IMG/VR virus record: IMGVR_UViG_3300029314_000002
Span: 5,460 to 69,459 of that record
Direction: 5' to 3' (one strand)
DNA: 64,000 nt
DNA from: a virus
The translations under genes were made by a program, and so were the position numbers. Shown here in pieces: positions 1-7,821 of the stretch. Each line of letters starts with the position of its first letter. Positions within the stretch are counted from its first letter, which is position 1. The notes under the pieces were generated by a model. It did no database searches, was not told the origin of the DNA, and saw only the letters and a list, made by a program, of their open reading frames with translations.

Positions 1-190
1 CGAATCCAGGCGTACCGCCGTCCCAACCCACCTGCGCATCTACAACGCTGCCGGCCAAGCCCACCAGGTCACTGCCATCCACGCGCACGATGGCGAGCGC
101 AGGCGCCGTGGCGCAATAGTACCACCGCCCGCAGTTCTGCGTCGTCGAGCGCAGCCGGCGAACAGCCGCAGAATCAATGAAAATTCTCAT
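1..190 (-). CDS. Hypothetical protein, 5' part only (runs off left edge), translationally coupled to vWA gene
   Basis: Minus-strand ATG at 190 overlaps the vWA stop as ATGA; frame MRIFIDSAAVRRLRSTTQNCGRWYY... stays open to position 1; absent from ORF track because truncated. Confidence 0.45.
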   Translation of the reverse strand, partial: MRIFIDSAAVRRLRSTTQNCGRWYYCATAPALAIVRVDGSDLVGLAGSVVDAQVGWDGGTPGF

Positions 191-1323
191 CCTCTCCTCC
201 ACGCCTTCAGCAGCAGTTCCAGCGCCGCCAAGCTGCGCTCGATACTGCCGTCCATGCCCACCACAGCCGGCCACGCGCGTTCCCGCGCGTACGCACCACT
301 CGCCACCTCCACCGCGCGCTTCTGCGCACAGTACTGAATCGAGATCGTCCCCCGGCGCGCGTCCGGGAACTGCGCCAGCCACTCGTCTTCGTAATCGCCC
401 ACGTAGACGATCCCCACGACGTTGGCGACCCGGCACACCTCTCGCCAATCCACCTGCGCCCAGGCATCCCACCCGCCGCCGAGCTTCACTCCCGGCGGGG
501 TCCAATTCTCGCCATCCAGGATAGCGTCAACCTCCTCCATGGGGTTCTTCTCCGTCCCAGCCCCGCGCACTGCCAACGGCATGGGCTCCCCGTTCGGCGC
601 GGCCATTACCAGCAGCCACGGCGCCGCTTCCGCCATCGCCGCGCCGAACGCGCGCAGATTGGTCACCTGCCCGCCGATGCTGCCACTGTTGTCAATCGCC
701 AGCAGCAGCCGCGGCAACCCCTGCTCCTCCCACACGCGCGCGCGGTCCGGCTGGCCCATCCGCCCATAGACCGCCAGCCGGCCAGGTGACCAGCGGATCG
801 GCGCGACCTCGCGCGCGTGCTCGACAGCCTCCTCATACATGGCCGTCAGGATGCGCCGCGCCTTGGCCACGTCCGCCTTCTTCGGCGTCGGGAACGGCCG
901 CCAGATCACCGACTTGCGCTGTCCACGGCTGCCGCCGCCAGGGTTCAGCGACGCCTTGATCTGAACGAGCGGCTTGCCCTCTGGGCCAGGCTTCCCCTTG
1001 CCCGCCTGACCGCCCTGGGCCTGCGCGGTGGGCGCCGCCCCGTCTCCTGGCTTTTTCTCCTCGTCCTCGAACTCAAGCACGAGGTCATGGTCGCGCGTGA
1101 CCAGCGCCTGCAACAGCCGATAGCCAAGATCGCGGCCGGCCAGATCGGGGAAATCGAGCTGACGATCAGCCAGCGGCAACGTAGCCGGCCGGTAGCCAGG
1201 TTTACCACTCCCTGAGTAGCTCAACCACATGCGCCCCCACTGGCGCAGCGCCGAAACGCCGCCAGAATCAGGCAGATGCACCCGGCGCCCGTCTTCCGTC
1301 TGCCGCTTGACGATCAGTTTCAT
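187..1323 (-). CDS. von Willebrand factor A (vWA) domain protein, partner of MoxR-like ATPase
   Basis: ORF 187..1359; MIDAS-like DxSxS motif (LLLAIDNSGSIGG); likely start MKLIVKRQ at 1323 whose ATG overlaps the ATPase stop (ATGA). Confidence 0.8.
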   Translation of the reverse strand: MKLIVKRQTEDGRRVHLPDSGGVSALRQWGRMWLSYSGSGKPGYRPATLPLADRQLDFPDLAGRDLGYRLLQALVTRDHDLVLEFEDEEKKPGDGAAPTAQAQGGQAGKGKPGPEGKPLVQIKASLNPGGGSRGQRKSVIWRPFPTPKKADVAKARRILTAMYEEAVEHAREVAPIRWSPGRLAVYGRMGQPDRARVWEEQGLPRLLLAIDNSGSIGGQVTNLRAFGAAMAEAAPWLLVMAAPNGEPMPLAVRGAGTEKNPMEEVDAILDGENWTPPGVKLGGGWDAWAQVDWREVCRVANVVGIVYVGDYEDEWLAQFPDARRGTISIQYCAQKRAVEVASGAYARERAWPAVVGMDGSIERSLAALELLLKAWRRG

Positions 1324-2135
1324 GTCGCCGCCTTCCGATCCCGACACGCCGCCGCCCACAAGTCAGCACCCTCGCCGCCGGTCAAACCAAAGCCGGCCAG
1401 CAAAAACCGGCAGGCGTCCACACTGGACAGCCCGCCAACGATGCCGCCCGCCCGCAGCAGGTCGGGCAGCGTCAGCATCGTGCTGCCATGCACCTGGTCA
1501 CGCAGCGCGGCCAGGTAGGTCGCCACATGCTGGCCTGTGCCGGCCTGGCGCAGCAGGGCGACGAGGGTTTGCTTGTCGAGCGGGTTCAATCGCTGGCGCA
1601 GGACCCGCCGCAGCAACGCCGGGTGCAACTCCCGGCTGGCGTTCGACGTGACCCAGAAGATCACGTTGTCACCAATGGTGCCCAGTTGCCGGCCGGCCGC
1701 GTCCACGACAACCCGCTCCTCCAGCGCCGCCAGCATCAGCCCGTCCGCCACCGGCCTCGTCTTGTCCCACTCATCGAGCAGGACGAAGACCTGCGCGCGC
1801 GGCGTCTCCGCGCTCAGCCTGGCCGCCGTCATCAAAAGCCCCGGGGCATAGACCCGGTCTGGGTCGTTTTCCACGAACCCCGCCAGATCTATGCCCCGGA
1901 TGAGGAACTCATCGCTTGCCCAGGCGTTCGCCTGCGCAAAAACAAAGTGCCCGCCCTGGTTGACGGCCTGGGCGCCCAACGCGCGCCCCAAGGCCGTCTT
2001 CCCCGTGCCCGGCTCGCCTTCGAGTAGGAAGGCCCTTACACCGGTGTCCAGGGCGACCTGGACGACTTCGATTTGGGACAGTGGGAACACAAGCGCCGCG
2101 CTGCCGGCGGCCTTGCGAACATTCAGATTAGACAC
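1320..2135 (-). CDS. MoxR/CbbQ-like single-module AAA+ ATPase
   Basis: Walker A GEPGTGKT, Walker B VFVLLDEWDK; GTG start preceded by AAGGAG. Confidence 0.85.
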   Translation of the reverse strand: MSNLNVRKAAGSAALVFPLSQIEVVQVALDTGVRAFLLEGEPGTGKTALGRALGAQAVNQGGHFVFAQANAWASDEFLIRGIDLAGFVENDPDRVYAPGLLMTAARLSAETPRAQVFVLLDEWDKTRPVADGLMLAALEERVVVDAAGRQLGTIGDNVIFWVTSNASRELHPALLRRVLRQRLNPLDKQTLVALLRQAGTGQHVATYLAALRDQVHGSTMLTLPDLLRAGGIVGGLSSVDACRFLLAGFGLTGGEGADLWAAACRDRKAAT

Positions 2136-2270
2136 TGCAATCTCCTTTTGCGGGGTTTGCCCCCGTCACTGTGGCGGCGACCCGAAGGCCGGCGCCGGTG
2201 TGAATTTTTTCCCGGTCAGGGGAGGGGATGCGGCGACTGGAGAGCCGGCGCAGATGACGGGAAATCCGCA

Positions 2271-2299
2271 TTTATACAGGCGGCGTATGGGCCGTGCAA
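2271..2299 (-). promoter_or_regulatory. Sigma70-like promoter for ATPase-vWA operon
   Basis: Minus strand TTGCAC-N17-TATAAA about 135 nt upstream of the GTG start. Confidence 0.5.
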
Positions 2300-2404
2300 C
2301 CTCCTCGCGGAGGGAGCTTGCTCGCCGAGCCGTTGCCAGGTTTGCTTCGGGGATGGCGCCCCTCATGCGATCAAAAATGACACCCCCTGGTTTCCTTCCT
2401 TCCC

Positions 2405-2845
2405 TCAGCGCGCCTTCCGCGCGAGGTTGCGCACGGCCTGCAAGTTGATGATCTCCGCCACCTCGAAGCGTGGTGGGGTGCTGCCGGCCACCGGGCGCAA
2501 GCGCAGCATGGCCGGGAAATGTCCAATGCGGCCGTGCAACTCAGCCAGCAACACCGCCGTGCTACCGGATAGCGCCGGCAAATTGACCAGCAACGGCGTG
2601 ATTTGCCACGCCTCCGGCGTCAAGCCGGCTGCGTCCGCCATCGCCGCCACCTGCGGCGCCAACGGCACCCCAACCTCCACCTGGCTGGGGCACACAATCA
2701 CCTGCACCTCATTGTCCCCCGTCAGCGTGCGGATGGCCGCCAGGTGGGTATCCGTCAGGGGGTGCGCAAAGTTTATTACAACCACAATAATGATCTCCTT
2801 TATTGTTTCAATCGCCCATGGCGCAGAGCCGGCATAGCGGTCCAT
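2405..2845 (-). CDS. Small alpha/beta protein, Csx15-like (TIGR02620-like) by recalled motif only
   Basis: VVINFAHPLTDTHLAAIRTLTG ... LPALSGSTAVLLAELHGRIGHFPAMLRLRP resembles small CRISPR-associated Csx15 proteins from memory; true start uncertain. Confidence 0.45.
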   Translation of the reverse strand: MDRYAGSAPWAIETIKEIIIVVVINFAHPLTDTHLAAIRTLTGDNEVQVIVCPSQVEVGVPLAPQVAAMADAAGLTPEAWQITPLLVNLPALSGSTAVLLAELHGRIGHFPAMLRLRPVAGSTPPRFEVAEIINLQAVRNLARKAR

Positions 2846-3125
2846 GCAGGCCGATCTCTCCGCCTTGATCCATCACGCCGACCCAGGTGCCGTCATTCCC
2901 AACGGGAAGATGGCACTCAACGCAGGTCAGCGCAGCAGCGTCTATGTCTCCCCCCAGATCGAGCTTCACATAGCCCAGGACGCGCGCTGGGGTGCGCGTC
3001 CTGGCCGCATACGCCATGATCGCCGCCTCGACCACGGCGGTCATGGAGCGCCGTTCGCTCGCGGCAAGCGCGGCGAGCGCCTCAAAAACGGAAGCATCAA
3101 TGTTCAACGACGTGCGGCGGCTCAT
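2808..3125 (-). CDS. Ribbon-helix-helix (CopG/Arc-like) protein with C-terminal Cys4 zinc ribbon
   Basis: SLNIDASVFEALAALAASERRSMTAVVEAAI (strand-helix-helix); CVECH...CRLC pairs; ATGA overlap with upstream gene. Confidence 0.6.
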   Translation of the reverse strand: MSRRTSLNIDASVFEALAALAASERRSMTAVVEAAIMAYAARTRTPARVLGYVKLDLGGDIDAAALTCVECHLPVGNDGTWVGVMDQGGEIGLHGPLCRLCAMGD

Positions 3126-3499
3126 TTTATTTCCACCTTTACCCCCCTGTCTCGCAACATTCTGACCACCTTTTCGGCGGGGATATGGCCCCGCCCATAC
3201 ACGGTGTTCGCGTAATCGTAAAAGCGAATCTCTGCTTTCACAATCTGAAAGGAATCAATGAACGCCTCGCAGGCATCCAACGAACGACCGTTGGATCGCC
3301 TCACCCACGTCGGGTCGCACTCGACGTGGAGGATAACCGTCCCCTCAGCCATCCGCTGCTTCAGCGATGGGTCAACCGACTCAGTCGCCTGGGCGTTGGC
3401 ATAGCGCATGGACTTGTTCTTTTTGTCTGTAACCCACATCGTGGGTTTCGACAAATTTTCTACCAATCTACTGACCGACCCGCCGTTGTATGCTATCAT
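3122..3499 (-). CDS. Hypothetical protein (lower-GC gene)
   Basis: ORF 3122..3535; start moved to MIAYNGG (3499) because the promoter at 3526..3554 places the TSS downstream of 3535; purine-rich RBS. Confidence 0.6.
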   Translation of the reverse strand: MIAYNGGSVSRLVENLSKPTMWVTDKKNKSMRYANAQATESVDPSLKQRMAEGTVILHVECDPTWVRRSNGRSLDACEAFIDSFQIVKAEIRFYDYANTVYGRGHIPAEKVVRMLRDRGVKVEIK

Positions 3500-3525
3500 T
3501 TTCCCTTTCCTTCCCAACTTCCTGT

Positions 3526-3554
3526 AGTATAGCATACGTCTACAGATTTGTCAA
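3526..3554 (-). promoter_or_regulatory. Consensus promoter TTGACA-N17-TATACT
   Basis: Minus strand cTTGACAAATCtgtagacgtatgcTATACT; shares the TTGACAAATC -35 block with promoters at 13069 and 25611. Confidence 0.65.
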
Positions 3555-3604
3555 GTTGCCCCTTGCGCCTACGCGCGTCGCCCGCGCACCGCGCCAAATT
3601 GCCT

Positions 3605-4585
3605 TCAGCCGAAGGCGGCGCGGAAGGCGGTGATGGGGGCGTCGTTGGCGAGGGCTGCGTAGACGCGCGTGGTGACGGGGGAGGCGTGACCGAGCATGTC
3701 TTGGGTGACGCTGAGGTCGTGGGTGATGCGGTAGACGCGCGTGGCGAAGTAGTGGCGCATGGAGTGGGGGGTGATGCCGGCATCGGTCAAGCCGGCGGCG
3801 GCGACGATGGCCTTGATTGTGTCTTCGAGGGCGCGCACGCTGAGGGGGACGATGCGCTTGCCGATGCGGCGGTCGTGGCGGGCGAAGACGGGCATTTCGC
3901 CCAGGGGCCGGCCGGTGGTGGCGTCGCTGGCCTGGCGGCCGGCCAGGTAGGTTTGGATGGCGGTCCAGGACGGTTCGTCGAAGAAGACCTGGCGCTCTTT
4001 GCGGCCCTTGCCGATGACCCAGGCGGAGCGGATGCCGTCCTCCTGGCGCAGTTGTTTGCGGCGCAGGCTGACGATTTCGGCTGCGCGCAGGCCGGTGCAG
4101 CGCAGGGTTTCGATGAGGGCGATGTCGCGCAGGCGGATGATACGGTCGCGATCATCGTCGGTGGTGACGGCGCGCGCGGCGGCAATGAGCTTGTCTACCT
4201 GGGTGTCAGTGGGGGGGTGGGGCCGGCCGCGCGTGGGGTGCTGAACGCGGCGGATTTGGTGCAGGCCGGCGGTGAAGGCGATGGCTTCCGGGCCCGTGAA
4301 GGTGTGCCGGCCGGTGACTTGCAGCCACTTCACATAACCAGAAAGGGCGGCCAGGTAGAGCATGAGCGTGCGCGCGGCGATGTGGCGCACGTCGAGCAGC
4401 CAGGTGGCCCAGGCGAGCAGGATCGGCACGGTGAGGACGCCAATGTCGGCTTCGGCGATGGCGATATCGCGCGTAGCCAGGTAGCCGGCCAGGCTGGCCA
4501 AGGCCGCGCGGTACGTGGCGCGCGTGCGCTCGGCGCCGGTCATGGCATCGGCGGTGAATTGGTCAATCGTGGTCTGGATGGTCAT
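3605..4585 (-). CDS. Tyrosine recombinase (XerC/D-type integrase or resolvase)
   Basis: LRCTGLRAAE (Arg), HSMRHYFAT (HxxR), LGHASPVTTRVYA (His, Tyr nucleophile). Confidence 0.9.
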   Translation of the reverse strand: MTIQTTIDQFTADAMTGAERTRATYRAALASLAGYLATRDIAIAEADIGVLTVPILLAWATWLLDVRHIAARTLMLYLAALSGYVKWLQVTGRHTFTGPEAIAFTAGLHQIRRVQHPTRGRPHPPTDTQVDKLIAAARAVTTDDDRDRIIRLRDIALIETLRCTGLRAAEIVSLRRKQLRQEDGIRSAWVIGKGRKERQVFFDEPSWTAIQTYLAGRQASDATTGRPLGEMPVFARHDRRIGKRIVPLSVRALEDTIKAIVAAAGLTDAGITPHSMRHYFATRVYRITHDLSVTQDMLGHASPVTTRVYAALANDAPITAFRAAFG

Positions 4586-4619
4586 TGGAACGCTCCTTTT
4601 GGGGGTTTTGACTTTGGTG

Positions 4620-4639
4620 CGCTAAATACATGTTTAGCG
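4620..4639. promoter_or_regulatory. Inverted repeat just upstream of recombinase start (possible operator)
   Basis: CGCTAAA-tacatg-TTTAGCG, about 35 nt upstream of ATG 4585. Confidence 0.3.
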
Positions 4640-4700
4640 AAGTGAAAACAATAGGCGCCAGGGGACAGGCCCTCGACGCCAAGGGCGCATCATCGCCCCA

Positions 4701-4946
4701 CTACACCCGCTTCCACGCGCTGTTCACCTTGTGGTAGCAGCGGATTTGATAGTGCGCGTGCTTTTTCCTGATGATCTCGATCATGGCCGCGGCCTGCTCA
4801 TCGCCACAGGCAAACGGCAACGCCACGCCGTCGAATTGATCGTTGGCAACGTTGACTTCCTCTTTGCCCATCAGCGGAGGCAAGATCATCCGCATGATCG
4901 GGTCACGATGGAGCACGAGCAGGTCGGCGAGCTGGATGGCGTACAT
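4701..4946 (-). CDS. Hypothetical protein
   Basis: 81-aa ORF co-oriented and tightly spaced with neighbours. Confidence 0.5.
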   Translation of the reverse strand: MYAIQLADLLVLHRDPIMRMILPPLMGKEEVNVANDQFDGVALPFACGDEQAAAMIEIIRKKHAHYQIRCYHKVNSAWKRV

Positions 4947-4950
4947 GTCC

Positions 4951-5400
4951 CTACCCCACTAACCACGCCTTCATCATTGCCAGGCGCTGGCCCATGCTGC
5001 CGGCGGCCTCGGCGTAGGGAATGTCATGACGCCGGCAATAGTCGCCCAGGCCGGCCAGCGTCGGCGCGTAGTCACGACCGACGTTGACGAACACGCCGTC
5101 ACAGATCGGGTGCTGCCGAAACCAGGTGTACAGGTCAAGCGATACCGACGGCGCCAACACTGCCGCCCGCTTCGGGTTCATGCGCTGGTCATAGTCACGA
5201 ATCCATGCCCCCATCGCACTGATCAGGCCGTGCTTGGCCGACACGAGGCGAATGTGTGTGTCGGGTCCGATCACGCCATCGGTCAACGCCTTGCGCAGCA
5301 CTCTGAACGCGGGGCCGTCATAGCGCTCGATGGCCGGCATGGGGCCATGGGCGTGCTGTTTGGCGGAGGAGCAACTGAGAATCAAAAGCCGGTTTGTCAT
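4951..5400 (-). CDS. Hypothetical protein, DUF6884-like N-terminus (recalled, unverified)
   Basis: LLILSCSSAKQ...PAIERYDGPAFRVLRK pattern. Confidence 0.6.
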   Translation of the reverse strand: MTNRLLILSCSSAKQHAHGPMPAIERYDGPAFRVLRKALTDGVIGPDTHIRLVSAKHGLISAMGAWIRDYDQRMNPKRAAVLAPSVSLDLYTWFRQHPICDGVFVNVGRDYAPTLAGLGDYCRRHDIPYAEAAGSMGQRLAMMKAWLVG

Positions 5401-5415
5401 TATTATGTCACCTTT

Positions 5416-5691
5416 CTAAAACCACGATGCGTCAAACTGGTTGATAAGCCCGCGCGTACCAACCGGCATAACCAGCGCCTGTATCATGCGATCAGCCAAT
5501 GCGAGCCGGCCGGCCATGTCGAAATAGGCTTCGGGTACTTCCTCGTCGCCAGGGCACCAGCCGTTGAGCGCGATGTAGCTGCACTCCGCCAGTGTTACGG
5601 GATTGATTTGGCCGTCCCGTTGGCGGAAATACTCAAGCACGCCCATCATATGCCGGCGAATTCTGATTACCCCATCATGCGCCATTGTCAT
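5416..5691 (-). CDS. Hypothetical protein
   Basis: 91-aa ORF in operon register. Confidence 0.5.
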   Translation of the reverse strand: MTMAHDGVIRIRRHMMGVLEYFRQRDGQINPVTLAECSYIALNGWCPGDEEVPEAYFDMAGRLALADRMIQALVMPVGTRGLINQFDASWF

Positions 5692-5754
5692 CCCTCGCTA
5701 ACTGCCGCACCGACCGGCGAGACACGATCTCGCGCTGGCCGCCGGCAAACTCGA

Positions 5755-5970
5755 TCATGCGGGCACGGCAGAAGTCGTTTTCAGATGGACGACTACTACA
5801 ACGCCATGGGCTGCTGAGCATGTATCGCACAAATACCAATTGCCATGATCCGCGGTGGCGACCACGGTAGCGCGCAACGGGCAGCCCACCCGCTCGCATT
5901 GCTTAGGAGGCATTCGATAACCGGGAGATTTGTATCCGAAATAATTGGAGCTCAGCGTGCTATACGTCAT
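5755..5970 (-). CDS. Small Cys-rich hypothetical protein
   Basis: Internal start MTYSTLSS at 5970 forms ATGA overlap with Lar stop; CERVGC...CDTC. Confidence 0.45.
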   Translation of the reverse strand: MTYSTLSSNYFGYKSPGYRMPPKQCERVGCPLRATVVATADHGNWYLCDTCSAAHGVVVVVHLKTTSAVPA

Positions 5971-6263
5971 TCTACTACCTGGCGAGGTAGCCCCCCCGCC
6001 ATCCGCATATTCCACCACAGGGCCGCACCAGTTTCTGTTTTCGCCCATCCGCCCTGGGCAGCGCACGAGCGGCAAACGACATAGTGCGCCCATGCGTCAG
6101 AATCATCTCTGAAATCTTCGTACCCATCCCGCAGAACCCTGTGGCGGATTGGATCGCCGCCGCAGAATGGGCACGGCAGCAGCACAACGCCCACAGCGGC
6201 AGGTTGTGTTGGTGTTATGTGAACTTGTGGCGACGCCCCTTCCCTATTCGGATGCGTGTTCAT
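5967..6263 (-). CDS. lar: Lar-family restriction alleviation protein
   Basis: CPFCGG ... CRSCAAQG and AALWWNMR tail; start MNTHPN at 6263 has GGAGGG RBS. Confidence 0.65.
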   Translation of the reverse strand: MNTHPNREGASPQVHITPTQPAAVGVVLLPCPFCGGDPIRHRVLRDGYEDFRDDSDAWAHYVVCRSCAAQGGWAKTETGAALWWNMRMAGGLPRQVVE

Positions 6264-6573
6264 TTTCCCTCCATATTTCCAGTTGCCCGTGTGCGCGGCG
6301 GTTTCGCCGCCTGGTTTCTGCGGCGTGGGCCATGTGCAGGGCATGGTCATACGCCAGATGACAACGCTGACACAATGCGCGTAGGTTCTCCCGCACGCAG
6401 TTTTGCGGGTCGTGGTCGAGATGCGCTACTGTCAGGACGACCTGCGATTCTGTCACGGGGTGCGGTGCGTGGTTGACTGCGCCACAGAATTCACACTGGT
6501 CGCCGGCCTCTTCACGCACGCGCGCGCTGATTGCCGGCCAGTTGTGCGGGTAACGATCACGCTGAAACGGCAT
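6244..6573 (-). CDS. HNH endonuclease
   Basis: CEFCG ... VAHLDHDPQNC ... LCQRCHLAYDH; start MPFQRD at 6573. Confidence 0.85.
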   Translation of the reverse strand: MPFQRDRYPHNWPAISARVREEAGDQCEFCGAVNHAPHPVTESQVVLTVAHLDHDPQNCVRENLRALCQRCHLAYDHALHMAHAAETRRRNRRAHGQLEIWRENEHASE

Positions 6574-7267
6574 TTTTTGTGATTGCTCCCGGCAATGCGA
6601 GTTGCAGGCGCTGTGCCTGGTGGCGTATGGATCGTCGGTTGATTCTGGCTGCCTGCTGGACGGCGGCGTTTTGATGTGCGGTGAGTGGGGGTAGGCGGAT
6701 GCGCCAGGTTTCGATGCCACGGTCGTTGATGCTGTAGCGTTCGAAGCCGGCGGCGGCGTAGATGGCGCCGCGATGCAGGCGGGTGTCGCAGTAGGAGAGG
6801 AGCCATTCGATCTGGTATGGCTCGTCGAGAAAACAGGGGGGACGGTGGAGGAGGTAGTCGGCGCCGATGAGGTTGACGGCGCTGCGCAGGCTGCTGCTGG
6901 CGAGGGTGGAGCGGAAACGGCCGCGGCGGTCGGTGTAGCCGGGGACGATGGCGGGGGTGCAGTGGGCGCCACCGTGCTGGTACTGGGGGGAGAGCCAGAC
7001 ACGGGCGAGGTTGAGAACCTGCCAGCGGGTGACGTGGCAGCGCCCGGTGCGAGCGTCTTCGACGCTTCCGTACCAGTCGCGGCAGCGGGTGGCTTCGGGG
7101 CGACCGAAGACGAGGTAGCCGGCGGGTTCGCCGGCGATGCGGATGGCGTAAGTTTCAATGCTGGCGCGCGGATCGGGGAATTTGTGAAGGTAATGCTGCT
7201 GCTCGATGGTTTGTTTGGCGCGCGGCCAGAGGGGTGATGTTTTGGGGATGCGGGTGAGATGGATCAT
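6557..7267 (-). CDS. GNAT-fold-like protein (Mom/DUF4338-like guess), possible DNA-modification or acyltransferase
   Basis: Start MIHLTRIP at 7267; AKQTIEQQHYLHKFP...YLVFGRP pattern; the N-terminal extension of ORF 6557..7462 is just translated repeats. Confidence 0.55.
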   Translation of the reverse strand: MIHLTRIPKTSPLWPRAKQTIEQQHYLHKFPDPRASIETYAIRIAGEPAGYLVFGRPEATRCRDWYGSVEDARTGRCHVTRWQVLNLARVWLSPQYQHGGAHCTPAIVPGYTDRRGRFRSTLASSSLRSAVNLIGADYLLHRPPCFLDEPYQIEWLLSYCDTRLHRGAIYAAAGFERYSINDRGIETWRIRLPPLTAHQNAAVQQAARINRRSIRHQAQRLQLALPGAITKNAVSA

Positions 7268-7384
7268 GTGCAATTCTCCGTTCGGTTGCCAGCTCAGGGC
7301 GGGCTGTGCGGGGGTTTTGGGTCGGGGGCATATCCTACTACCCCTACTATCGTCCTGGCCCGTCCTGGTTCGTGCGTTGTGTCC

Positions 7385-7451
7385 ATTGACGGGCACAACG
7401 ACGGGCACAACGACGGGCACAACGACGGGCACAACGATAGTGCCCGTCAAT
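7385..7451. repeat. Centromere-like iteron array (parS/parH-type candidate)
   Basis: ACGGGCACAACG x4 in tandem, closed by an inverted copy (ATTGACGGGCA ... TGCCCGTCAAT), immediately downstream of the parA/RHH operon. Confidence 0.6.
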
Positions 7452-7458
7452 TGGGCCA

Positions 7459-7821
7459 TCACTTGAGTTTTTTTTCAATCTCCGGGGGAATCTCCAGAAC
7501 GTACTGGAAGCGCAATGTGCGTGCGCCGAGCGTGGACGCTTCTAGGAGGGCGCGGAGGGCGGGGTTGCCGCTGCGCAGTTCGGCCAGCGCCCAGGCGAGG
7601 AGGAAGCTGGCGATCTGGCTTTCTCCGGTGGATCGGTTGGCGGCCTCGCGTTCGACGGCGGCTTTGACGACCGGGGGGACATCGAGGCGGACGCGCGTGC
7701 GCGCGGTGTCGCGGCGTTCTTTGGCGGTGTGGGTGGAGCGGTTGGCGGCGGCGCCGTGCTGCCACTCGGCTACGGCGGGGTCAATGCGGAGGCCGCCCTG
7801 TCGCGTTGGTTTAGGCGCCAT
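7459..7821 (-). CDS. ParG-like ribbon-helix-helix partition adaptor
   Basis: RVRLDVPPVVKAAVEREAANRSTGESQIASFLLAWAL (RHH); overlaps the parA 3' end. Confidence 0.6.
   Translation of the reverse strand: MAPKPTRQGGLRIDPAVAEWQHGAAANRSTHTAKERRDTARTRVRLDVPPVVKAAVEREAANRSTGESQIASFLLAWALAELRSGNPALRALLEASTLGARTLRFQYVLEIPPEIEKKLK

Noticed and set aside
3548-4645. 365-aa plus-strand ORF (and similar long ORFs 8571..10214+, 21865..23001-, 36240..37742-, 39334..40389-, 42657..43877-, 48973..50358-, 50037..51386-, 60481..62277-, 61947..62876-)
   Set aside because: Each lies antisense to or out of frame with a gene that has clear family motifs. Their products are G/A/R/P/H-rich low-complexity strings typical of spurious open frames in GC-rich DNA.
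7268-7462. N-terminal extension of ORF 6557..7462 (MMAQLTGTIVVPVVVPVVVP...)
   Set aside because: The VVP repeats are simply the translated 12-bp centromere-like iterons. A good ATG at 7267 starts the conserved-looking protein.
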